From: Candidatus Methylomirabilota bacterium
GTDB lineage: Bacteria; Methylomirabilota; Methylomirabilia; Methylomirabilales; CSP1-5
Direction: 5' to 3'
NCBI GenBank assembly: GCA_019456075.1
Contig: VRUN01000003.1
Coordinates: 1,794 to 65,793, forward strand
Length of the DNA: 64,000 nucleotides
The position numbers and the translations under genes were made by a program. This document shows, one piece after another, positions 36,841 to 46,000 of the stretch (positions are counted from its first letter, which is position 1; every line of letters starts with the position of its first letter). Under the pieces are notes generated by a model. It ran no database searches, was not told the DNA's origin, and saw only the letters and a list, made by a program, of their open reading frames with translations.

Positions 36841-38136
36841 TCAGTCACGGCCGGCCTGCGCCTTCCCTCGAGACTCATGACGCACGAGGCGGTGCACCAC
36901 CTCTTGGAGGGGAACCCGTTCTTGTACCCCTTGGGCCATGTCTTTCATCGTGGCTACGCCGGCCTTCAGTTCCTCGTCACCCAGAATAAGTGTGTATCGG
37001 TACCGCTCCTTGTGGGCGAGCCGCATCTGGCTTTTGAGAGAGCGGCCCTCCATATCCAATGTGGCACGCAGCCCCTGCCGGCGAAGATCTTGGACGATCC
37101 GAAGGCCCAGCTCAAACGCCTCCTTCCCTAAGGTCGCCGCGAAGACGCCCACCCACTCCTCGCTTGGACCCTCCCGCGGGAGGGAAAGCAGAAGGCGCTC
37201 CACACCGATGGCAAAGCCGATCCCGGGCGTCGGCGGTCCTCCCATCTCGCCCACCAGCAGGTCATACCTCCCCCCGCCGGCGATAGCATTCTGGGCCCCC
37301 AGGCCCGGGTTCACAAACTCAAAGGTGGTCCGGGTGTAATAGTCGAGGCCTCGGACCAACCGCTCGTTGACGCTGTAGTCGATCTTCAGCAGTTGCAAGA
37401 GTTCCTGCAGCCGCCGGAAGTGCACCTCACAATCCTCACACAGCGACTCGAGGGGGCTGGGGGCTCGCGCAACAATCCTCCGGCACCCTTCCACCTTGCA
37501 GTCCAGGATCCGAAGCGGGTTACGCTTGAGACGGACACGGCAATCCGGACACAGCCTCTCAACCTTGCCCGCCATGTAGCGGGTGAATCGGTCGAGGAAG
37601 ACCGGGCGACACGCGTCATCCCCAATACTGTTCAGATGCAGTTGCCACCCGTCGACCCCCAAGGTGGCGAACAGATGTGAGAGTAAATCGAGCATCTCGG
37701 CGTCGACCGCAGGGTCCCCCACGCCTAACGCCTCAGCCCCGATCTGGTGGAATTGCCGGAATCGGCCCGCCTGCGGACGTTCGTGGCGGAACATGGGGCC
37801 AATATAGTAGACCTTGCAGAGGTCCCCCTTGGTGAAGAGCCGATGCTCAAGGTAGGCCCGGATCACAGGAGCAGTTCCCTCCGGGCGCAGAGTGAGACTC
37901 TCGTGCCCCCTGTCCTCGAAGCTATACATCTGTTTCTCGACAATGTCGGTCCCCCCCCCAATCCCGCGGACAAAAAGCTCGGTCCGCTCAAAGACGGGTG
38001 TCCGAATCTCCTGGTAGCCGTAGTTCTTCAAGATCCGCCGGGTCTCCACCTCCACCCGCTGCCAGCGACCGACTTGGGCAGGGAGAATGTCCGGGGCACC
38101 CCGAACCCCCCTGATCACGGGTCGGACCTTTCGCAT
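36841..38136 (-). CDS. hisS: Histidine--tRNA ligase
   Basis: Class IIa motifs (RGxxD, YYIGPMFRHERPQAGRFRQFHQ, GGGRYD). ATG 38136 has an AAGGAG RBS. Confidence 0.95.
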   Translation of the reverse strand: MRKVRPVIRGVRGAPDILPAQVGRWQRVEVETRRILKNYGYQEIRTPVFERTELFVRGIGGGTDIVEKQMYSFEDRGHESLTLRPEGTAPVIRAYLEHRLFTKGDLCKVYYIGPMFRHERPQAGRFRQFHQIGAEALGVGDPAVDAEMLDLLSHLFATLGVDGWQLHLNSIGDDACRPVFLDRFTRYMAGKVERLCPDCRVRLKRNPLRILDCKVEGCRRIVARAPSPLESLCEDCEVHFRRLQELLQLLKIDYSVNERLVRGLDYYTRTTFEFVNPGLGAQNAIAGGGRYDLLVGEMGGPPTPGIGFAIGVERLLLSLPREGPSEEWVGVFAATLGKEAFELGLRIVQDLRRQGLRATLDMEGRSLKSQMRLAHKERYRYTLILGDEELKAGVATMKDMAQGVQERVPLQEVVHRLVRHESRGKAQAGRD

Positions 38137-38422
38137 CGAATCTCCTTGGGTCGTCCGCAAGTTCCCCGTATCCCACAACGCGGGAACGCAAAGATATCCG
38201 TAACGCTCCTATACCGAGGGAAGCGGGGGATGTGTAGCCCCGATCCGAAATTCGAACCGGGGGCTTGGTCCTCCGAAGGCTCCTGAGAAGCCCACATGGC
38301 CACACTCCGAGCAGCCCCAGGGGGCCACTATAGGGGCGTATGGGTGTGACCCTCTGATCCGGTAGGAGCAAGACCGAACCACAATTCCTGCGATTCTGGC
38401 GTCGATCTTTTTCGGATCGGGG

Positions 38423-39379
38423 TTAGTAGATGGGATTACGATCAAAACGGTGGATAGCCTCAATGAAGCGGACCGTTCCTGACTTGGAGCGCATCACCAG
38501 CGAATGGGTCTTTGCTCCACCGCCGAAAAACCGGACCCCCTTCAGGAAATCGCCATCGGTGACCCCGGTGGTGGTGAACGTGACCTCGCCACCCTTGGCG
38601 AGATCAGTGATGGTGAGGACTTGTTCGATCTCCTTGAGACCGGTCCGGCGGACACGCTCGACGTCCTCCTCGCTCGACGGTGTAAATTGGGCCTGCATGT
38701 CCCCTCCCAGGCATCTCAAGGCTGCCGCTGCGAGCACCCCTTCGGGTGCCCTGCCGATCCCCATGAGAACATCCACGCCGGAATCCTCTAAAGCAGTCGC
38801 GATGGCGGCAGAGAGGTCGCCACCCTGGATCAGCTTGATTCGAGCACCCATCTCCCGGACCGCTTTGATGAGGTCGACGTGACGCGGTCGGTCGAGCATG
38901 ACCACGGTGAGATCTTCGACATAGCACTTCATCGTCTCAGCGATGGATCGGAGATTCGCTTCTGGACCCGCGGTGATATCAATGGCCCCCAGCGCCTTGG
39001 GCCCGACCGCGATCTTCTCCATGTAGACATCCGGAGCGGGAAAAAGGCAACCCTTTTCCGCAAGTGCCACCGCCGCCAGGGCGTTCGCCCGGCCCTCGGC
39101 AACCATGGACGGCCCTTCGACCGGCTCCGCCGCCACATCCAGCTCAGGCCCGGCCCCAGAACCGACCTGCTCGCCGACGTACAGGGTGGGGGTCTCCCCT
39201 TTTTCGCCCCGCCCGATCACAACGGTTCCGGCGAAGTTGACCCCATCAAAGGCCCGGCGCATGGCATCCAGAGCGGTCTGCTCCGCCAGCTGCTCATTGC
39301 CCCGGCCCATCCATCGCGCACACGAGATCGCGGCGGCCTCAGCGACCCGCACTACCTCCAGGGCCAGATTTCGCTCCAT
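38423..39379 (-). CDS. glpX: Class II fructose-1,6-bisphosphatase (GlpX type)
   Basis: MERNLALEVVRVAEAAAISCARWMGRG... is the typical GlpX N-terminus and the pattern holds full length. ATG 39379 has a GGGAGG RBS. Confidence 0.92.
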   Translation of the reverse strand: MERNLALEVVRVAEAAAISCARWMGRGNEQLAEQTALDAMRRAFDGVNFAGTVVIGRGEKGETPTLYVGEQVGSGAGPELDVAAEPVEGPSMVAEGRANALAAVALAEKGCLFPAPDVYMEKIAVGPKALGAIDITAGPEANLRSIAETMKCYVEDLTVVMLDRPRHVDLIKAVREMGARIKLIQGGDLSAAIATALEDSGVDVLMGIGRAPEGVLAAAALRCLGGDMQAQFTPSSEEDVERVRRTGLKEIEQVLTITDLAKGGEVTFTTTGVTDGDFLKGVRFFGGGAKTHSLVMRSKSGTVRFIEAIHRFDRNPIY

Positions 39380-39605
39380 CCACAACCTCCCCAGAGAGCC
39401 GTAAAAGCGTGATTCCATCGATACTTAGAACGGAGGCAAAGTATAGAAGAGGCCCCCGCATATGTCAAGTGATGATTGAGCGAAGGTGTAAGCAAAAAGA
39501 GATATTTAAGCCTCCCAGAAGAGGCACGACGCTGAATGGGTGGAGCGTGAGCGGGACGAGGGAGTCATCTCGATCGAAGAGTTCACCCAGGGAACCCTCC
39601 AGCGA

Positions 39606-40568
39606 TTAGAGGGGCCCGCCGAAGTTCTCCGTGAGGTTCAGGGGGGCGGTGAGCTCCCCTCCTCGTTCCAAGAGCCTGGCCTTCTCAATGACGACAGCGG
39701 CGTGCATAGCGATGGCCTCGAGCAGCCGTAGATCCGCCTCGGCAAACGGGCGCCCGTCGGTGTGATTGAGAAGCTCCACGACGCCGATGATCCCCTGACT
39801 CGTCTTCAAGGGGGCGGACAGGATCGAACGGGTGACAAAGCCGCTTTCCTGGTCCATCTCGGCAGAGAAGCGGTGATCAGTGCTGGTGTCGGAAACCAGG
39901 ACGCCCTCGCCGTTCTGGACAACCCACCCGGCGATGCCCTGGCCGGCCGCCAGTCGGCGCCCGCGGAGCTGTTCCGCAACGCGCCCCAGGGCGACGGCGA
40001 AAACCAATTCCCCTGTGGTCTCATCCCGCAAGAGCAGGGACCCCGCCTTGGCGTGCAGGGCGGCACCGATCCGCTCGATGGCCAGTTCGAGTACTGTCTG
40101 GAGGTCATGGGCGGAATTGAGGATGGTCGCCACCTGGTTAAGGGCCTCAAGCTCTTCGATCCGCCGCCTGAGCACCATGATGTCCTCGAGAAAGGTCACT
40201 TCCTGGCCCTTCGGGGCGCCATCCAGAAGCTCCCGGAAAAAGCAGTCGACCAGCTCCTTATGCTCATCGGGATTGGTGATCATAACCCGGCGCGCCTTCC
40301 GCTCCGACACAAGGGGAAGGCGGGTGATCTCCGTGGTACACTCCACCATTTGGGAGACCAGGCCAGCTTTTTCGAAGATCGGCTTCAAAGAGATGGTACC
40401 GATCTTAACCTCCGCCGAGGCGTAGTCGTACCATCGGTTGACATATCCCAACCCGTTGTCCCAAACGAAGGGATGCTGCCCCGGCGGGTCGGAATGGCCC
40501 ACATCCAGTGCTTCGGCCCGCTTCTGGGCCTGGTTGCGTTCGTCCGAGGTGATGTAAAACTTGATCAT
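39606..40568 (-). CDS. GAF-domain protein with uncharacterised N-terminal domain
   Basis: C-terminal GAF (LQTVLELAIERIGAALHAKAGSLLLRDETTGELVF...GIAGWVV...IGVVELLN). I do not recognise the N-terminal ~170 aa. ATG 40568 is preferred over TTG 40670. Confidence 0.8.
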   Translation of the reverse strand: MIKFYITSDERNQAQKRAEALDVGHSDPPGQHPFVWDNGLGYVNRWYDYASAEVKIGTISLKPIFEKAGLVSQMVECTTEITRLPLVSERKARRVMITNPDEHKELVDCFFRELLDGAPKGQEVTFLEDIMVLRRRIEELEALNQVATILNSAHDLQTVLELAIERIGAALHAKAGSLLLRDETTGELVFAVALGRVAEQLRGRRLAAGQGIAGWVVQNGEGVLVSDTSTDHRFSAEMDQESGFVTRSILSAPLKTSQGIIGVVELLNHTDGRPFAEADLRLLEAIAMHAAVVIEKARLLERGGELTAPLNLTENFGGPL

Positions 40569-40786
40569 AGCGTCCTTGTTCTTGGGGTTAGGGGGGATTT
40601 TTTGCAATATCAATGCTAAGAATTTCGATCGGATAGCCTCCAGCCGCTGCTGCTGGCAGGGGTGAGACAATGCTCATCCCCCCCCCTGAAGAACGAGAAG
40701 TGAAATGAGGGGGGGAAGGGATCACCCTCAGGGGCTGTTTTGGGGCAGTCCTAGTTGTCCAGGCAGTGGCTCCAGCCGGTCAGTGC

Positions 40787-40802
40787 TGGCATGGTTCTTG
40801 CT
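40787..40802 (+). promoter_or_regulatory. sigma54-type -24/-12 promoter candidate for di-PilZ gene
   Basis: TGGCATGGTTCTTGCT, ending 37 nt upstream of ATG 40840. Confidence 0.65.
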
Positions 40803-40839
40803 CAGTCCAAGACAGGTCGACCCGTGCGGGAGGCAAGGG

Positions 40840-41529
40840 ATGCCTACGAATTCAAAGACACTGATGCGCCGCCACCTCCGCTTTACCCGCTATCTGCCCG
40901 TTCAGTGCACGGTCCTAAGCCCCGATGAAATCGAGCCGCGACCGCTCGCCGGGATAACCCAGAACGTGAACGCCGGTGGACTCGAAATCCTGCTGCCAGA
41001 ACCCCTCCCAGTCAAGACGCTGGTGTCGGTCCGCGTCACTCATGGTGATCCCGTGCCCGGACATATCGTTTCAGTGGGCGACGGTATACCGACCCTACTC
41101 GGGAAGAGATTCCCCCACGGCGTGGCCTTCGAGGAGCCGGTCGAGCCATCCCTCGTTCGGCAGTGGGTGTCCCACCCCCCCAAACGGGCCCATCCCCGGG
41201 TGCAGGTCCAATTCGACGTCGCGTACGCACAGGCAGGGACGACCGGTCACGGAACGTGCCTCAACTTGTGCCAGGGAGGATTGTTCATCGCAACCGACCG
41301 CCCGGCCGAGCCGGACACAGAGGTCATGCTTCACTTCAAGCTGCCGAGCTCATCTCAACCTCTTTCGGTCCGTGGGCGCGTCGCGTGGATTTCCGGGGCG
41401 GAAAAGGACCCGGTTGCCATCACTGGAATGGGTGTGCAGTTTCTCGATCTCGGCCCATCAGATACTACTGCGATCGGCACCTTCGTCGATCGCCTCTGCG
41501 CAGAGGGATCGCCACCGGACTTCTCCTAG
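40840..41529 (+). CDS. Tandem (di-)PilZ domain protein
   Basis: There are two modules. The first is RRHLRFTR...QNVNAGGLEIL and the second is RAHPRVQV...LNLCQGGLFIA...GMGVQFL. ATG 40840 follows a GGGAGG-like RBS. Confidence 0.8.
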   Translation: MPTNSKTLMRRHLRFTRYLPVQCTVLSPDEIEPRPLAGITQNVNAGGLEILLPEPLPVKTLVSVRVTHGDPVPGHIVSVGDGIPTLLGKRFPHGVAFEEPVEPSLVRQWVSHPPKRAHPRVQVQFDVAYAQAGTTGHGTCLNLCQGGLFIATDRPAEPDTEVMLHFKLPSSSQPLSVRGRVAWISGAEKDPVAITGMGVQFLDLGPSDTTAIGTFVDRLCAEGSPPDFS

Positions 41530-41692
41530 CCCCGCCGCGTCTCAGTAGTGCTCGTTGTCGCTCCCGGTTTTTTCGACCATGATCCATTTCATCCCCATCC
41601 GCCACCACACCCCGCCCTGTCAGCCGCCTAGAATATGTACTTGAGGCATCGCTCACCGCGAGGATTGCAGAGACGCGGAAAGCCTTTTTTTC

Positions 41693-41721
41693 TTTACTTG
41701 AGAAACATTTCAGGCTAGAAT
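41693..41721 (+). promoter_or_regulatory. sigma70-like promoter candidate for FBP aldolase/phosphatase
   Basis: TTTACT, a 17-nt spacer, then TAGAAT, about 105 nt upstream of ATG 41828. Confidence 0.4.
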
Positions 41722-41827
41722 AATTACCTTCCGGTGAAAGGCAAGAGCCCACCTCGCAGGTTCTCATCGCCTCTGCGAATGATGTGGTGCAGGTCGATGC
41801 GTGTCTCTGGAAAGGAGGGATGCAATT

Positions 41828-42937
41828 ATGTCCAGCCAGAAGGTCACACTCAGCGTCATCAAGGCCGACGTGGGGAGCTACACGGGCCACAACCGGGTCC
41901 ATCCGGAGCTCCTCCAGAAGGCCGGCGAGTCGCTTCAGGCGGCCAAGGATAAGAAGACGATCATCGATTATCATGTAGCTCGATGCGGAGATGACATTGA
42001 CCTCATTATCACCCACCGCCACGGGATCGACGCCGAGGTCATCCATGCGTTGTCGTGGGATACTTTCATGGCCTGCACGGCCGTGGCCAAGAGGCTTCAT
42101 CTATACGGGGCCGGCCAAGATCTCCTCTCTGATGCCTTCTCGGGCAATGTCAAGGGCCTGGGCCCGGGAGTGGCAGAGATGGAGTTCGTGGAGCGGACCA
42201 GTGAGCCCGTCGTAGTCTTCGCGGGGGACAAATGCTCGCCAGGAGCCTGGAACTTCCCTCTGTACCGGATGTTCGCCGACCCCTTCACAGCCGCCGGGCT
42301 CGTCATTGATCCCAAGATGCACGAGGGATTTCAGTTTACGGTCCTGGACGCCAAGAAGGATGCCACCATCCAATTAAACTGCCCCGATGAGTTGTACGAC
42401 CTCCTCATCTTCCTGGGGGCCTCCAATCAGTACATGGTTACCGAGGTGCGACGCCGGACCGATGGGGAGATTGCCGCGGCAGCGTCTACCCAAAAGCTCA
42501 GCCTCATCGCCGGCAAATACGTCGGCAAGGATGATCCGGTGATGGTGGCCCGGTGTCAGGCCGGACTCCCTGCCGTAGGCGAGGTTCTCGAGGCCTTTAC
42601 GTTTCCGCACCTCGTCGACGGCTGGATGCGCGGATCCCACTGCGGGCCGCTGATGCCCTGTGCCTTCGACCAGGCAAACCCAACCCGCTTCGATGGGCCG
42701 CCGCGCGTGATCGCGGCTGGCTTTCAGCTGGCCGACGGGCACCTGATCGGGCCGGTGGACCTCTTCGACGATCCCTCTTTCGATGAGACCCGCCGAAAGG
42801 CGAGCGAGGTGGCGGAGTACATGCGGCGGCACGGGCCGTTTCAACCCCACCGCCTGCCCCTGGAAGAGATGGAGTACACGACTTTACCCCAGGTGATGGG
42901 CCGGCTCAAAGACCGGTTCAAAGCGGGACCGCGATAA
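41828..42937 (+). CDS. fbp: Bifunctional fructose-1,6-bisphosphate aldolase/phosphatase (class V, archaeal type)
   Basis: Near-colinear with the remembered archaeal FBPA/P pattern (SVIKADVGS..GH, GQDLLSDAFSGNVKGLGPGVAEME, GKYVGKDDPVM, GWMRGSH.GPLMP, RFDGPPR, MRRHGPF.PHRL). AGGAGGG RBS. Confidence 0.93.
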   Translation: MSSQKVTLSVIKADVGSYTGHNRVHPELLQKAGESLQAAKDKKTIIDYHVARCGDDIDLIITHRHGIDAEVIHALSWDTFMACTAVAKRLHLYGAGQDLLSDAFSGNVKGLGPGVAEMEFVERTSEPVVVFAGDKCSPGAWNFPLYRMFADPFTAAGLVIDPKMHEGFQFTVLDAKKDATIQLNCPDELYDLLIFLGASNQYMVTEVRRRTDGEIAAAASTQKLSLIAGKYVGKDDPVMVARCQAGLPAVGEVLEAFTFPHLVDGWMRGSHCGPLMPCAFDQANPTRFDGPPRVIAAGFQLADGHLIGPVDLFDDPSFDETRRKASEVAEYMRRHGPFQPHRLPLEEMEYTTLPQVMGRLKDRFKAGPR

Positions 42938-42953
42938 CTCTCCCCTGAAAACC

Positions 42954-43013
42954 AACGGCCGCGGGGTGATCCGAGCGCCAATAGGCTCGCCACCGCGGCC
43001 GTTCAATTTTTAT
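42954..43013. terminator. Strong hairpin terminator between convergent fbp and dnaE
   Basis: AACGGCCGCGG (42954-42964) pairs with CCGCGGCCGTT (42993-43003), 11 bp perfect. CAATTTTTAT follows on the plus strand. A short T-run on the other strand suggests bidirectional use. Confidence 0.7.
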
Positions 43014-43031
43014 ACCCCGGTCCCTAGAGTG

Positions 43032-46000
43032 CTACGAGGTCACGCCCACCGATCCGGGGCCGAGGATTTTCTCCACTTGAGAGATAAACTCCGGCACTGG
43101 GCTCACGGTGAGCCCCTCGCCAGCCTCAATCACTACGGCTGACCCTCCATCAAGATGCAACCGGAGACGGAGGGGGACGGGTCCTCTGAAGTTGGCGGCG
43201 GCCATGCGAATCTGTCGAAGGACTTCATCCGAGAGGACCTCCGCCCGGAGGGCGATCTCGAGCCCGCCCTCACCCTTTCCCTGGAGATCCCCCAGAGGCT
43301 GGACATCTGCGAGGAGGAGCTTGACCACCTCTTCGCCGATGTCGACCTGCCCTCGCACAAGGACCGGATTATCCTTGACCAAATGGAGCATCTTGCTCCT
43401 GTAAAGATCGGGGAAGACAATTAATTCCACGGAGCCCCGCAGGTCCTCGAGGGTAACAAAAGCCATGCGGTCGCCGCTCTTGGTGGAGATCTCCTTTACG
43501 GCGGTGATGATGCCACAGAGACTGACCGTCTCCTTGTCTCGCAGGTTCGAGAGCTCATCACTGGCGGCGGTGGCATACCGCTTCAGGAGGGCCTCGTATT
43601 CGCTCAAGGGGTGGCCGGTAATGTAGAAGCCGAGGATCTCTCGCTCAGCGGTGAGGCGCTGGGCGTGAGACCACTCTGGAATGTCGTGCAGGTGAGGTGG
43701 CTTTATCTGAGAGGCCACGCCTCCCAACATCTCCAAGAGGGAGACCTGGCCTTTCGCGCGGTCCCGGTGCACCGCCGAAGCCGCCTCCATTGCTTGATCC
43801 ACGCTCGCCATGAGCTGGGATCGATGATAGCCTAAGGAATCGAAGGCCCCACACTTGATCAGGCTTTCGATCACCCGTTTATTGACCAATCGCAGATCGA
43901 CCCGCTCGCAGAAGTCATGGAGGCTGGTAAGCTTTCCGCCGGTGAGACGGGCGTTCAGGATCGACTGGATCGCCGTCTCGCCCAAATTCTTCACCGCCAC
44001 GAGTCCAAACCGCAGCTGGCCCTCCACGACCCGGAAGGTACTCCCTGATTCGTTCACGTCCGGCGGGAGAATGTCGATTGCCATCTGCCGGCATTCTTCA
44101 ATATATTTTACCGTTTTGTCCGTATCCCCCATTTCCGAGGTGAGGAGGGCCGCCATAAACTCAAGCGGATAGTTCGCCTTGAGGTAGGCGGTCTGATAGG
44201 CCACCACCGCATAGGCCGCCGCGTGGGATTTATTGAAGCCGTATCCGGCAAATTGAGCCATGAGATCAAAGATCTTCTCGGCCTTCGCCTTCGGGACATG
44301 TCGCGCGGCCGCCCCCGCCACGAACTTCTCCCGCTGCCTTCCCATGAGATCGAGGTCCTTCTTTCCCATGGCCCGGCGGAGGATGTCTGCCTCTCCCATG
44401 GTAAAGCCGGCCATCTCGCTGGCAATCTGCATCACCTGTTCCTGGTAGACCATGACCCCGTAGGTTTCCTTTAAATATTTCTCCATCAGGGGGTGGTTGT
44501 ACTCAATCTCCACCCGGCCATGGCGCCGGTTGATGAAGTCCGGGATCATCTCCATGGGGCCCGGGCGGTACAGCGCCACGAGGGCAATCACATCCTCCAA
44601 GCGCTCCGGTCTCAGGCGTCGCAATAGATCCCGCATCCCCGCAGACTCTAACTGGAAGACCCCCAAGGTCTTCGCCTCGGAGAGGAGCTGGAAGGTCCTC
44701 GGATCGTCGAAGGGGATTTGGTCTGCCACAACCTCAACCCCCCGGGTCTCTTTGAGGAGCTTCAGGGTATTGGCGATCACCGTCAGCGTCCGGAGACCAA
44801 GGAAGTCCATCTTGATGAGACCGATTTTCTCGATGGCCCCCATGGCATACTGGGTGGTGATTTCCCCCTTCGTCCCTCGATAGAGAGGGAGATGTTCGAT
44901 GAGGGGCTCTCCCGAAATCACCACCCCGGCGGCGTGGGTCGACGCATGGCGGGTCAGCCCCTCCAGCACTCTGGCAATCTGCCAGAGCTCATTGATCTCC
45001 GGGACAGAATGCACCGCCTGCCTGAGGGGCGGGCTCTGAGCGACGGCGTCGTCCAAAGTGACGTTGAGGATACTGGGGACCATCTTCGCGATCTTGTCCA
45101 CCTCGCCATAGGGCATCCCCAGGGCACGGCCCACATCCCGGATCACCGCTTTGGCTCCCAAGGTTCCAAAAGTTATGACCTGGGCCACGTTATCCTTTCC
45201 GTATTTCTGGGCGACATACTCGATCACCTCGTCCCGGCGATCGTCGGCAAAGTCGATATCCATATCGGGGGGCGAGATGCGCTCAGGGTTCAGGAATCGC
45301 TCGAAGAGGAGACCGTAGCGCAATGGCTCAATGTTGGTGATCCCGAGGGCATAGGCCACGAGACTCCCGGCAACCGACCCCCGACCTGGGCCGACCGAAA
45401 TCCCTCGCTTTTTGGCGAACCGGATGAAGTCCCACACGATCAAGAAGTATCCGGAAAAGCCAATCTTTTCAATAGCGTGGAGCTCCATGGCAAGGCGGCC
45501 CTTCGCCTCCTCGGTGAGCTCTCCGTACCGCTCCGTGAGGCCACGCCAACTGATCTCGCCCAAATAGCTGTCCACGGTGTGCCCCGGAGGAATCTCATAG
45601 CGCGGCAAGTGAATCTTGTCGAACTCTAGCTGAAGGTTGCACCGCTCCGCGATCGCCAACGTATTGACTATCGCCTCGGGATTTTCCGAAAAGAGGCTTT
45701 GCATCTCCTGCGGGCTTTTGAAGTAAAACTGATCCGCGGTGAAGCGCATCCGATCCTTCTCGGCGACCGCTTTGCCGGTCTGAATGCAGAGGAGGGTGTC
45801 ATGGGCCTTGTGATCTCCGGCATTCAGATAGTGGACATCGTTGGTGGCGACCACGGATAGCCCCAGCTCTTTGGCCAATCGGAGCAGACTCTGATTGACC
45901 GCTCGCTGGGGCTCGATCCCATGAAACTGGAGCTCCAAAAAGTAATTGTCCCGACCAAACAGATCCCGGTACCAGGCCGCCACCTCCAGGGCCTTTCCCT

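Noticed and set aside
38230-38262. A minus-strand tRNA suggested by GGTTCGAAT.
   Set aside because: The flanking sequence does not give a 5-bp T stem, a 7-bp acceptor stem or an anticodon arm, so it is not a tRNA by manual folding.
40603-40618. A sigma54-like motif TAGCATTGATATTGCA (minus strand) 35 nt upstream of the GAF gene ATG.
   Set aside because: The -12 TTGCA is perfect, but the near-invariant -24 GG is AG. I judged it too weak to call, though it is worth checking in a PWM scan.
41656-41692. A terminator-like hairpin CCGCG-N13-CGCGG followed by AAAGCCTTTTTTT, downstream of the diPilZ gene.
   Set aside because: The stem is only 5 bp with a 13-nt loop, and it lies 130 nt after the stop codon. 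It is too weak to annotate, although the T-run is suggestive.
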